Both the position numbers and the translations under genes were made by a program. From Paramoeba atlantica (Eukaryota > Protista > Discosea), in contig CDRNVI010000105.1 in assembly GCA_977017575.1 (NCBI GenBank), positions 1 through 64,000 of the forward strand: a DNA stretch of 64,000 bases, read 5' to 3'. The notes under the pieces were generated by a model. That model was not told the origin of the DNA. It ran no database searches and saw nothing but the letters and a program-made list of their open reading frames with translations. Positions 34,168-46,053 of the stretch are shown piece by piece (positions within the stretch are counted from its first letter, which is position 1; every line of letters begins with the position of its first letter).

Positions 34168-35753
34168 TTCTTAAAGTTTCCCTACTTTTGTAGACATTTC
34201 AAAAAGATGCGAAGGACCCTACTAGAGCACTTAATCATAAACAATTTTGTACATAACAAACCCCCAGAGCCACCATCATCAAAAATAATTCTCAAGAATT
34301 TCTCCTCATTGATGCAAAACGTCTCTTTTAACGCCTTTTATTTTTGTTTTCGCATAGCCGCCCCCCTCTACCACCAATAAACGCATAAACATTTATCAGC
34401 CCCAATGCTACCAAGACCCTTCACAGACAGATTTGGAAGTTCCAAGGCCGACGTCCTCTACCAGTTTTCGCTTTTCCAAGGCGGCACCAACGTTATGTTA
34501 CCAACACGCTGCTTCGACGACTTGTATGACAACGCGGCCCACCCAAGAGGCTTAAACCGGGTAAGGGGGCCGGCTCCCTGATGGGAGGAGGGGAAGAAGA
34601 ATCCAATCCAAAAAGAAGAAGAAGAGAAGAGAACCGGTTCCCTGATGGGAGCGCCCCTGGCGGCCGTCAGAGTGCTGGGCCTAGTCGATTCTCAGCCCAG
34701 CCTCTTAGATCGAGGCCGCCGGGAATTATGCGATGAGCGGGTTCGAAACTTTGATCCCTGAAGGAAGAAGGAAGAAGGTTGCTCGACTAAATGATGCTTT
34801 CCAATGTAGGGAAGTTACTTCGACAAGTGCTTGTGTAGGCTCTAGTTGAATCTTTAGTGTCTCAACGAGGTTCTGCCAATCTTAAAGCAGAGATTTAAGC
34901 CGGGCCGAGGGGTCTGGCCTTTATTTGGGTAGCTTCTACAGAGGAAAGCGGTGTAATTGTAGTTGGAGACGGTGGGCCTTACAACCTGCAGGTTGGGGGT
35001 TATATTCCCGATATCGACAAAACTCGCAACCTGCCGGCCTCACTACAAAGGGAAAGCGACCAGGAGTGCCTTCAAGTCCCACACCCAACCCCAAATCAAT
35101 CATTCCGGATTGCTCCGGATGGCCACTGGCAAGCCAGACCCTTCACAGAAAGATTTGGAAGTTCCGAGGCCGACGTCCTCTATCAGTTTCCGCTTTTCCA
35201 AGGCGGCACCAACGTGCTGTTACCAACACGCTGCGTCGACGAACTGTACGTCAACACGGCTTACCCAAGAGGTGTAAGCCGGGTAAGGGAGCTCGTTCCC
35301 TGAGGGGAGGGTCCGGGACGGTCCTCCGAGTACTGGGCCTAGTCGGTTATTAGCCCAGCCTCTTAGAGGGAGGCCGCCAGGAATATTTCGATGAGCGGGT
35401 TTGAACTCGCCGTCTGAGCACCACGTGCTTGAAACTTTGAATTCTTGCTGCTACTCCACCGCTCGGAAAAAGTCCGCTAGGAAGAAGGCCTCCCTCTGGA
35501 GGAACGACCCGGAACCGCAGAGCCGAACCAGGCTCCAGCGCAGCCGCCGAAAATTCATGCTGCTTACGCAAACGAGGCATGAGACACAGCCTACACGATG
35601 CAACGGGGTTGGGCGCCCGTCCTGGTAGCTACGGTTGGGTACCCGTGCTCGGGCCGCAAGGCTTCGAGTGCCGTCTTGGAAGGGGGCAGCAAGACAATGA
35701 AGGTCGGTGGCTTGAGACTCTACCCTAACGGTGCAGAGCCCTCGGTGTCTTTT

Positions 35754-35801
35754 CTTCTTCTTCTTCTTCTTCTTCTTCTTCTTCTTCTTCTTCTTCTTCT
35801 T

Positions 35802-35831
<30 letters not shown>
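35754..35831 (+). repeat. (CTT)26 microsatellite
   Basis: Pure tract. Confidence 0.97.
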
Positions 35832-35832
<1 letters not shown>

Positions 35833-35934
35833 TTCCCCAGAGTCCTGAAAGCTGGTTTGCAACTCTACTACCGCGTTTAACGAAAAGCCTAAATTGAAAT
35901 ATTATAGCCAAAAATAGCCGATTTTCGGGTAAAA

Positions 35935-36351
35935 ATGGGGTCATTTTTGTGTATTTGTTTTCATTCACGAAATCCGATATTTGCTCGTGGGAAATCACTC
36001 GTAGGCATGAATGAAAGCCTGCCGAACGTATTGGGTAAAGAATGCGACCCCAACCCCAAGAATGGCGACCTAATGTATGATGTGGACGCAAAGCTCAGGT
36101 TACTAAAATTCCATTCGTATAATATATATTTGTGCAAGGTAAAGGCGCACATTGGAAACAAATGGAATGAGGAGGCAGATGGTCTAGCACTTTTGGCATC
36201 ACGAAAAGTGGCACGGGCTCCGACCCAAAAAAGGAGAAAAACAACTGCTAACTCGGAGGATAGTGAGAATTCACAACCGTCATGGTCTTTGAAAGCCTTA
36301 CTCAAAAGGAAGTCCCTTGGAAATAAGCAAGCACGAGACATTCCATCATAG
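35935..36351 (+). CDS. RNase H-like C-terminal ORF, copy 10, truncated by a premature TAG (138 aa)
   Basis: TCG->TAG (C->A at 36350) removes the last 26 residues; the RNase H motifs are retained. Confidence 0.65.
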   Translation: MGSFLCICFHSRNPIFARGKSLVGMNESLPNVLGKECDPNPKNGDLMYDVDAKLRLLKFHSYNIYLCKVKAHIGNKWNEEADGLALLASRKVARAPTQKRRKTTANSEDSENSQPSWSLKALLKRKSLGNKQARDIPS

Positions 36352-37362
36352 AAGCGCGAAGCTGAGGCGGAAGGGGTATTTCGAGGGAAGGTTGCGAGAG
36401 CTGGAGGTAATAGGAAACCGTCTAAGTAGGGAGAGAATTGATGGAATTATTTCTTTGCCAACTTAGAATGCCTTGAGGATTATTCATAGGTTATCGGAAA
36501 AATATTGTTTGTGTTTACCGTATCAGACACATATAAACTCTCAACGTGGAAGCGATAGATGAAAGCTTTCAAGGTGTAAACATTAAGTTTTTCAACCGAC
36601 TTTACGTCGGTCTTTTGGATTGGATATTGGATTGGACCCCAACCACACCATTCTTCCGACCCAAAAAGACCCCTTGAGGTCCGAAAAATACTTTTTCACC
36701 TATTTCAGTCGAAAATGGGTCATTTTGAGTGGCGCACCACGGCTCGAAGAAGAGATACCTTGAGAAACCAAAGGCCGAGAAAGCTAGTATAGGCCCCGAA
36801 CTATCAAAATACAACAGGGGAAAGAATATTGAAAAAATATTTTCTTTGCCAGTTTTTTCGCCAAGTTGAATTTTTTTTCAAAAACATCCGAACTTGGCGG
36901 ACCCGTCCTGCGGATACGAGGGGGGGCCACCCCCGGGTAGGGGGCGGAAAATAAGCGCCAACCCCGGCTACCCCTTCTGCGGGTTTTTTTCGAAAAAAAA
37001 ATTTCAAAAAAAAAAATCGTGCGGTATGCCCCCCTGTGTTCCTCTTTATATTTTCACTGTTTTTGTTCACTCTTTTTTCAATAATCGAGGGTAGAGTGGT
37101 AGTTATACAACCACCGCAATATAATAATTAAGATATCGCCCAAAGCCCCACCATGAGCGGACAAAGAACCTGCCACTCAAATGCTTGAATTAGCGCTACC
37201 CGGCTTCACATGCGATAACTGAGTTTCGTTTTGCTCGAGAACTCACGAGATACACCTTGCCAGGGGACCCTCCAGTGTGAAGTGGGTTTCAAATCTTGAA
37301 CTCATCTTTTTTGATATTTTCAAAAATATTTACTCAGTCCGCTACTTTTTTAAAATAACAAA

Positions 37363-38124
37363 TTGATGAATTTCGGGCTTCAAGTTTCCAGCCCTCCCTC
37401 ATGCAAGGTATTTGTGGATGGGGTGCCAGATGTTGAAATCGAGGAAAGCGATATTTTCAAACAGAAGTTATGCGTCACGCCAAAACATCTCCAACGATCC
37501 TCCGTAATCCTGTTTTCTTCTCTTTCTCAACCCATAGGAATTTCCACGTCGAGCGGGGACCAATTCGTGTTAGACCCGGAGGGTGGAGCCGTTAACTTTA
37601 CTTGTGCGAGCATGTTGAGCATCACGTTTCACAATCTTTTAAAGAAGGAAGCAGAAAGTGTATGTAGAGATGTTCTTGGTCTTTTTCAAGACAATTTTGT
37701 TAATCCTTCATCTGGGGCCCTTTCATACGACTACGTGAGGAACCAGATTGATCAGAAATACCTTTTTAATGTTTTGAAGTTTCAGAGAATGGTTAAAAAT
37801 GCAGGCAACCCATTTTACCAATACCTTGGGAAAGACCTTTGCAGGTGGATAGTTTTGCATTCAAGTTCAAAAAAGCCCAATTTTGGATTTACACGAGGAA
37901 AAGAGTATAGTGATCTCTTAAAATTTTCTGTTAGCCAGATCATGGGGGAAGAAGTTGCGATGAGCGACCTTTATCAGCTGGTAAGGGGTGAGAAAACCTT
38001 TGATTTGCTCCTTTCTTCAAATTTTACTGTGTTGAAAAAGTTTCTTGTGAAATTTAATGCTGAGTTTCTTTGGTTTCAAGATGAGGCTTCAAAAAAGACA
38101 TTAATTTCCACAAATCCCCTTTGA
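37363..38124 (+). CDS. Orphan 253-aa ORF, copy 10
   Basis: V38, K226. Confidence 0.65.
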   Translation: MMNFGLQVSSPPSCKVFVDGVPDVEIEESDIFKQKLCVTPKHLQRSSVILFSSLSQPIGISTSSGDQFVLDPEGGAVNFTCASMLSITFHNLLKKEAESVCRDVLGLFQDNFVNPSSGALSYDYVRNQIDQKYLFNVLKFQRMVKNAGNPFYQYLGKDLCRWIVLHSSSKKPNFGFTRGKEYSDLLKFSVSQIMGEEVAMSDLYQLVRGEKTFDLLLSSNFTVLKKFLVKFNAEFLWFQDEASKKTLISTNPL

Positions 38125-39710
38125 TTCTTAAAGTTTCCCTACTTTTGTAGACATTTCAAAAAGATGCGAAGGACCCTACTAGAGCACTTAATCATAAACA
38201 ATTTTGTACATAACAAACCCCCAGAGCCACCATCATCAAAAATAATTCTCAAGAATTTCTCCTCATTGATGCAAAACGTCTCTTTTAACGCCTTTTATTT
38301 TTGTTTTCGCATAGCCGCCCCCCTCTACCACCAATAAACGCATAAACATTTATCAGCCCCAATGCTACCAAGACCCTTCACAGACAGATTTGGAAGTTCC
38401 AAGGCCGACGTCCTCTACCAGTTTTCGCTTTTCCAAGGCGGCACCAACGTTATGTTACCAACACGCTGCTTCGACGACTTGTATGACAACGCGGCCCACC
38501 CAAGAGGCTTAAACCGGGTAAGGGGGCCGGCTCCCTGATGGGAGGAGGGGAAGAAGAATCCAATCCAAAAAGAAGAAGAAGAGAAGAGAACCGGTTCCCT
38601 GATGGGAGCGCCCCTGGCGGCCGTCAGAGTACTGGGCCTAGTCGATTCTCAGCCCAGCCTCTTAGATCGAGGCCGCCGGGAATTATGCGATGAGCGGGTT
38701 CGAAACTTTGATCCCTGAAGGAAGAAGGAAGAAGGTTGCTCGACTAAATGATGCTTTCCAATGTAGGGAAGTTACTTCGACAAGTGCTTGTGTAGGCTCT
38801 AGTTGAATCTTTAGTGTCTCAACGAGGTTCTGCCAATCTTAAAGCAGAGATTTAAGCCGGGCCGAGGGGTCTGGCCTTTATTTGGGTAGCTTCTACAGAG
38901 GAAAGCGGTGTAATTGTAGTTGGAGACGGTGGGCCTTACAACCTGCAGGTTGGGGGTTATATCCCCGATATCGACAAAACTCGCAACCTGCCGGCCTCAC
39001 TACAAAGGGATAGCGACCAGGAGTGCCTTCAAGTCCCACACCCAACCCCAAATCAATCATTCCGGATTGCTCCGGATGGCCACTGGCAAGCCAGACCCTT
39101 CACAGAAAGATTTGGAAGTTCCGAGGCCGACGTCCTCTATCAGTTTCCGCTTTTCCAAGGCGGCACCAACGTGCTGTTACCAACACGCTGCGTCGACGAA
39201 CTGTACGTCAACACGGCTTACCCAAGAGGTGTAAGCCGGGTAAGGGAGCTCGTTCCCTGAGGGGAGGGTCCGGGACGGTCCTCCGAGTACTGGGCCTAGT
39301 CGGTTATTAGCCCAGCCTCTTAGAGGGAGGCCGCCAGGAATATTTCGATGAGCGGGTTTGAACTCGCCGTCTGAGCACCATGTGCTTGAAACTTTGAATT
39401 CTTGCTGCTACGCCACCGCTCGGAAAAAGTCCGCTAGGAAGAAGGCCTCCCTCTGGAGGAACGACCCGGAACCGCAGAGCCGAACCAGGCTCCAGCGCAG
39501 CCGCCGAAAATTCATGCTGCTTACGCAAACGAGGCATGAGACACAGCCTACACGATGCAACGGGGTTGGACGCCCGTCCTGGTAGCTACGGTTGGGTACC
39601 CGTGCTCGGGCCGCAAGGCTTCGAGTGCCGTCTTGGAAGGGGGCAGCAAGACAATGAAGGTCGGTGGCTTGAGACTCTACCCTAACGGTGCAGAGCCCTC
39701 GGTGTCTTTT

Positions 39711-39773
39711 CTTCTTCTTCTTCTTCTTCTTCTTCTTCTTCTTCTTCTTCTTCTTCTTCTTCTTCTTCTTCTT

Positions 39774-39803
<30 letters not shown>
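39711..39803 (+). repeat. (CTT)31 microsatellite
   Basis: Pure tract. Confidence 0.97.
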
Positions 39804-39804
<1 letters not shown>

Positions 39805-39906
39805 TTCCCCAGAGTCCTGAAAGCTGGTTTGCAACTCTACTACCGCGTTTAACGAAAAGCCTAAATTGAAATATTATAGCCAAAAATAGCCGATTTTCGG
39901 GTAAAA

Positions 39907-40401
39907 ATGGGGTCATTTTTGTGTATTTGTTTTCATTCACGAGATCCGATATTTGCTCGTGGGAAATCACTCGTAGGCATGAATGAAAGCCTGCCGAACG
40001 TATTGGGTAAAGAATGCGACCCCAACCCCAAGAATGGCGACCTAATGTATGATGTGGACGCAAAGCTCAGGTTACTAAAATTCCATTCGTATAATATATA
40101 TTTGTGCAAGGTAAAGGCGCACATTGGAAACAAATGGAATGAGGAGGCAGATGGTCTAGCACTTTTGGCATCACGAAAAGTGGCACGGGCTCCGACCCAA
40201 AAAAGGAGAAAAACAACTGCTAACTCGGAGGATAGTGAGAATTCACAACCGTCATGGTCTTTGAAAGCCTTACTCAAAAGGAAGTCCCTTGGAAATAAGC
40301 AAGCACGAGACATTCCATCATCGAAGCGCGAAGCTGAGGCGGAAGGGGTATTTCGAGGGAAGGTTGCGAGAGCTGGAGGTAATAGGAAACCGTCTAAGTA
40401 G
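39907..40401 (+). CDS. RNase H-like C-terminal ORF, copy 11
   Basis: K->E allele; private A->G near 39943, which lies in the proposed intron. Confidence 0.7.
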   Translation: MGSFLCICFHSRDPIFARGKSLVGMNESLPNVLGKECDPNPKNGDLMYDVDAKLRLLKFHSYNIYLCKVKAHIGNKWNEEADGLALLASRKVARAPTQKRRKTTANSEDSENSQPSWSLKALLKRKSLGNKQARDIPSSKREAEAEGVFRGKVARAGGNRKPSK

Positions 40402-41334
40402 GGAGAGAATTGATGGAATTATTTCTTTGCCAACTTAGAATGCCTTGAGGATTATTCATAGGTTATCGGAAAAATATTGTTTGTTTGTACCGTATCAGAC
40501 ACATATAAACTCTGAACGTGGAAGCGATAGATGAAAGCTTTCAAGGTGTAAACATTAAGTTTTTCAACCGACTTTACGTCGGTCTTTTGGATTGGATATT
40601 GGATTGGACCCCAACCACACCATTCTTCCGACCCAAAAAGACCCCTTGAGGTCCGAAAAATACTTTTTCACCTATTTCAGTCGAAAATGGGTCATTTTGA
40701 GTGGCGCACCACGGCTCGAAGAAGAGATACCTTGAGAAACCAAAGGCCGAGAAAGCTAGTATAGGCCCCGAACTATCAAAATACAACAGGGGAAAGAATA
40801 TTGAAAAAATATTTTCTTTGCCAGTTTTTTCGCCAAGTTGAATTTTTTTTCAAAAACATCCGAACTTGGCGGACCCGTCCTGCGGATACGAGGGGGGGCC
40901 ACCCCCGGGTAGGGGGCGGAAAATAAGCGCCAACCCCGGCTACCCATTCTGCGGGTTTTTTTCGAAAAAAAAATTTCAAAAAAAAAAATCGTGCGGTATG
41001 CCCCCCTGTGTTCCTCTTTATATTTTCACTGTTTTTGTTCACTCTTTTTTCAATAATCGAGGGTAGAGTGGTAGTTATACAACCACCGCAATATAATAAT
41101 TAAGATATCGCCCAAAGCCCCACCATGAGCGGACAAAGAACCTGCCACTCAAATGCTTGAATTAGCGCTACCCGGCTTCACATGCGATAACTGAGTTTCG
41201 TTTTGCTCGAGAACTCACGAGATACACCTTGCCAGGGGACCCTCCAGTGTGAAGTGGGTTTCAAATCTTAAACTCATCTTTTTTGATATTTTCAAAAATA
41301 TTTACTCAGTCCGCTACTTTTTTAAAATAACAAA

Positions 41335-42096
41335 TTGATGAATTTCGGGCTTCAAGTTTCCAGCCCTCCCTCATGCAAGGTATTTGTGGATGGGGTGCCA
41401 GATGTTGAAATCGAGGAAAGCGATATTTTCAAAAAGAAGTTATGCGTCACGCCAAAACATCTCCAACGATCCTCCGTAATCCTGTTTTCTTCTCTTTCTC
41501 AACCCATAGGAATTTCCACGTCGAGCGGGGACCAATTCGTGTTAGACCCGGAGGGTGGAGCCGTTAACTTTACTTGTGCGAGCATGTTGAGCATCACGTT
41601 TCACAATCTTTTAAAGAAGGAAGCAGAAAGTGTATGTAGAGATGTTCTTGGTCTTTTTCAAGACAATTTTGTTAATCCTTCATCTGGGGCCCTTTCATAC
41701 GACTACGTGAGGAACCAGATTGATCAGAAATACCTTTTTAATGTTTTGAAGTTTCAGAGAATGGTTAAAAATGCAGGCAACCCATTTTACCAATACCTTG
41801 GGAAAGACCTTTGCAGGTGGATAGTTTTGCATTCAAGTTCAAAAAAGCCCAATTTTGGATTTACACGAGGAAAAGAGTATAGTGATCTCTTAAAATTTTC
41901 TGTTAGCCAGATCATGGGGGAAGAAGTTGCGATGAGCGACCTTTATCAGCTGGTAAGGGGTGAGAAAACCTTTGATTTGCTCCTTTCTTCAAATTTTACT
42001 GTGTTGAAAAAGTTTCTTGTGAAATTTAATGCTGAGTTTCTTTGGTTTCAAGATGAGGCTTCAAAAAAGACATTAATTTCCACAAATCCCCTTTGA
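41335..42096 (+). CDS. Orphan 253-aa ORF, copy 11
   Basis: V38, K226, private Q34K. Confidence 0.65.
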   Translation: MMNFGLQVSSPPSCKVFVDGVPDVEIEESDIFKKKLCVTPKHLQRSSVILFSSLSQPIGISTSSGDQFVLDPEGGAVNFTCASMLSITFHNLLKKEAESVCRDVLGLFQDNFVNPSSGALSYDYVRNQIDQKYLFNVLKFQRMVKNAGNPFYQYLGKDLCRWIVLHSSSKKPNFGFTRGKEYSDLLKFSVSQIMGEEVAMSDLYQLVRGEKTFDLLLSSNFTVLKKFLVKFNAEFLWFQDEASKKTLISTNPL

Positions 42097-43682
42097 TTCT
42101 TAAAGTTTTCCTACTTTTGTAGACATTTCAAAAAGATGCGAAGGACCCTACTAGAGCACTTAATCATAAACAATTTTGTACATAACAAACCCCCAGAGCC
42201 ACCATCATCAAAAATAATTCTCAAGAATTTCTCCTCATTGATGCAAAACGTCTCTTTTAACGCCTTTTATTTTTGTTTTCGCATAGCCGCCCCCCTCTAC
42301 CACCAATAAACGCATAAACATTTATCAGCCCCAATGCTACCAAGACCCTTCACAGACAGATTTGGAAGTTCCAAGGCCGACGTCCTCTACCAGTTTTCGC
42401 TTTTCCAAGGCGGCACCAACGTTATGTTACCAACACGCTGCTTCGACGACTTGTATGACAACGCGGCCCACCCAAGAGGCTTAAACCGGGTAAGGGGGCC
42501 GGCTCCCTGATGGGAGGAGGGGAAGAAGAATCCAATCCAAAAAGAAGAAGAAGAGAAGAGAACCGGTTCCCTGATGGGAGCGCCCCTGGCGGCCGTCAGA
42601 GTACTGGGCCTAGTCGATTCTCAGCCCAGCCTCTTAGATCGAGGCCGCCGGGAATTATGCGATGAGCGGGTTCGAAACTTTGATCCCTGAAGGAAGAAGG
42701 AAGAAGGTTGCTCGACTAAATGATGCTTTCCAATGTAGGGAAGTTACTTCGACAAGTGCTTGTGTAGGCTCTAGTTGAATCTTTAGTGTCTCAACGAGGT
42801 TCTGCCAATCTTAAAGCAGAGATTTAAGCCGGGCCGAGGGGTCTGGCCTTTATTTGGGTAGCTTCTACAGAGGAAAGCGGTGTAATTGTAGTTGGAGACG
42901 GTGGGCCTTACAACCTGCAGGTTGGGGGTTATATCCCCGATATCGACAAAACGCGCAACCTGCCGGCCTCACTACAAAGGGATAGCGACCAGGAGTGCCT
43001 TCAAGTCCCACACCCAACCCCAAATCAATCATTCCGGATTGCTCCGGATGGCCACTGGCAAGCCAGACCCTTCACAGAAAGATTTGGAAGTTCCGAGGCC
43101 GACGTCCTCTATCAGTTTCCGCTTTTCCAAGGCGGCACCAACGTGCTGTTACCAACACGCTGCGTCGACGAACTGTACGTCAACACGGCTTACCCAAGAG
43201 GTGTAAGCCGGGTAAGGGAGCTCGTTCCCTGAGGGGAGGGTCCGGGACGGTCCTCCGAGTACTGGGCCTAGTCGGTTATTAGCCCAGCCTCTTAGAGGGA
43301 GGCCGCCAGGAATATTTCGATGAGCGGGTTTGAACTCGCCGTCTGAGCACCATGTGCTTGAAACTTTGAATTCTTGCTGCTACGCAACCGCTCGGAAAAA
43401 GTCCGCTAGGAAGAAGGCCTCCCTCTGGAGGAACGACCCGGAACCGCAGAGCCGAACCAGGCTCCAGCGCAGCCGCCGAAAATTCATGCTGCTTACGCAA
43501 ACGAGGCATGAGACACAGCCTACACGATGCAACGGGGTTGGACGCCCGTCCTGGTAGCTACGGTTGGGTACCCGTGCTCGGGCCGCAAGGCTTCGAGTGC
43601 CGTCTTGGAAGGGGGCAGCAAGACAATGAAGGTCGGTGGCTTGAGACTCTACCCTAACGGTGCAGAGCCCTCGGTGTCTTTT

Positions 43683-43730
43683 CTTCTTCTTCTTCTTCTT
43701 CTTCTTCTTCTTCTTCTTCTTCTTCTTCTT

Positions 43731-43760
<30 letters not shown>
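43683..43760 (+). repeat. (CTT)26 microsatellite
   Basis: Pure tract. Confidence 0.97.
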
Positions 43761-43761
<1 letters not shown>

Positions 43762-43863
43762 TTCCCCAGAGTCCTGAAAGCTGGTTTGCAACTCTACTAC
43801 CGCGTTTAACGAAAAGCCTAAATTGAAATATTATAGCCAAAAATAGCCGATTTTCGGGTAAAA

Positions 43864-44358
43864 ATGGGGTCATTTTTGTGTATTTGTTTTCATTCACGAA
43901 ATCCGATATTTGCTCGTGGGAAATCACTCGTAGGCATGAATGAAAGCCTGCCGAACGTATTGGGTAAAGAATGCGACCCCAACCCCAAGAATGGCGACCT
44001 AATGTATGATGTGGACGCAAAGCTCAGGTTACTAAAATTCCATTCGTATAATATATATTTGTGCAAGGTAAAGGCGCACATTGGAAACAAATGGAATGAG
44101 GAGGCAGATGGTCTAGCACTTTTGGCATCACGAAAAGTGGCACGGGCTCCGACCCAAAAAAGGAGAAAAACAACTGCTAACTCGGAGGATAGTGAGAATT
44201 CACAACCGTCATGGTCTTTGAAAGCCTTACTCAAAAGGAAGTCCCTTGGAAATAAGCAAGCACGAGACATTCCATCATCGAAGCGCGAAGCTGAGGCGGA
44301 AGGGGTATTTCGAGGGAAGGTTGCGAGAGCTGGAGGTAATAGGAAACCGTCTAAGTAG
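43864..44358 (+). CDS. RNase H-like C-terminal ORF, copy 12
   Basis: K->E allele. Confidence 0.7.
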   Translation: MGSFLCICFHSRNPIFARGKSLVGMNESLPNVLGKECDPNPKNGDLMYDVDAKLRLLKFHSYNIYLCKVKAHIGNKWNEEADGLALLASRKVARAPTQKRRKTTANSEDSENSQPSWSLKALLKRKSLGNKQARDIPSSKREAEAEGVFRGKVARAGGNRKPSK

Positions 44359-45291
44359 GGAGAGAATTGATGGAATTATTTCTTTGCCAACTTAGAATGC
44401 CTTGAGGATTATTCATAGGTTATCGGAAAAATATTGTTTGTTTGTACCGTATCAGACACATATAAACTCTGAACGTGGAAGCGATAGATGAAAGCTTTCA
44501 AGGTGTAAACATTAAGTTTTTCAACCGACTTTACGTCGGTCTTTTGGATTGGATATTGGATTGGACCCCAACCACACCATTCTTCCGACCCAAAAAGACC
44601 CCTTGAGGTCCGAAAAATACTTTTTCACCTATTTCAGTCGAAAATGGGTCATTTTGAGTGGCGCACCACGGCTCGAAGAAGAGATACCTTGAGAAACCAA
44701 AGGCCGAGAAAGCTAGTATAGGCCCCGAACTATCAAAATACAACAGGGGAAAGAATATTGAAAAAATATTTTCTTTGCCAGTTTTTTCGCCAAGTTGAAT
44801 TTTTTTTCAAAAACATCCGAACTTGGCGGACCCTTCCTGCGGATACGAGGGGGGGCCACCCCCGGGTAGGGGGCGGAAAATAAGCGCCAACCCCGGCTAC
44901 CCATTCTGCGGGTTTTTTTCGAAAAAAAAATTTCAAAAAAAAAAATCGTGCGGTATGCCCCCCTGTGTTCCTCTTTATATTTTCACTGTTTTTGTTCACT
45001 CTTTTTTCAATAATCGAGGGTAGAGTGGTAGTTATACAACCACCGCAATATAATAATTAAGATATCGCCCAAAGCCCCACCATGAGCGGACAAAGAACCT
45101 GCCACTCAAATGCTTGAATTAGCGCTACCCGGCTTCACATGCGATAACTGAGTTTCGTTTTGCTCGAGAACTCACGAGATACACCTTGCCAGGGGACCCT
45201 CCAGTGTGAAGTGGGTTTCAAATCTTGAACTCATCTTTTTTGATATTTTCAAAAATATTTACTCAGTCCGCTACTTTTTTAAAATAACAAA

Positions 45292-46053
45292 TTGATGAAT
45301 TTCGGGCTTCAAGTTTCCAGCCCTCCCTCATGCAAGGTATTTGTGGATGGGGTGCCAGATGTTGAAATCGAGGAAAGCGATATTTTCAAACAGAAGTTAT
45401 GCGTCACGCCAAAACATCTCCAACGATCCTCCGTAATCCTGTTTTCTTCTCTTTCTCAAACCATAGGAATTTCCACGTCGAGCGGGGACCAATTCGTGTT
45501 AGACCCGGAGGGTGGAGCCGTTAACTTTACTTGTGCGAGCATGTTGAGCATCACGTTTCACAATCTTTTAAAGAAGGAAGCAGAAAGTGTATGTAGAGAT
45601 GTTCTTGGTCTTTTTCAAGACAATTTTGTTAATCCTTCATCTGGGGCCCTTTCATACGACTACGTGAGGAACCAGATTGATCAGAAATACCTTTTTAATG
45701 TTTTGAAGTTTCAGAGAATGGTTAAAAATGCAGGCAACCCATTTTACCAATACCTTGGGAAAGACCTTTGCAGGTGGATAGTTTTGCATTCAAGTTCAAA
45801 AAAGCCCAATTTTGGATTTACACGAGGAAAAGAGTATAGTGATCTCTTAAAATTTTCTGTTAGCCAGATCATGGGGGAAGAAGTTGCGATGAGCGACCTT
45901 TATCAGCTGGTAAGGGGTGAGAAAACCTTTGATTTGCTCCTTTCTTCAAATTTTACTGTGTTGAAAAAGTTTCTTGTGAAATTTAATGCTGAGTTTCTTT
46001 GGTTTCAAGATGAGGCTTCAAAAAAGACATTAATTTCCACAAATCCCCTTTGA
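45292..46053 (+). CDS. Orphan 253-aa ORF, copy 12
   Basis: V38, K226, P57T. Confidence 0.65.
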   Translation: MMNFGLQVSSPPSCKVFVDGVPDVEIEESDIFKQKLCVTPKHLQRSSVILFSSLSQTIGISTSSGDQFVLDPEGGAVNFTCASMLSITFHNLLKKEAESVCRDVLGLFQDNFVNPSSGALSYDYVRNQIDQKYLFNVLKFQRMVKNAGNPFYQYLGKDLCRWIVLHSSSKKPNFGFTRGKEYSDLLKFSVSQIMGEEVAMSDLYQLVRGEKTFDLLLSSNFTVLKKFLVKFNAEFLWFQDEASKKTLISTNPL

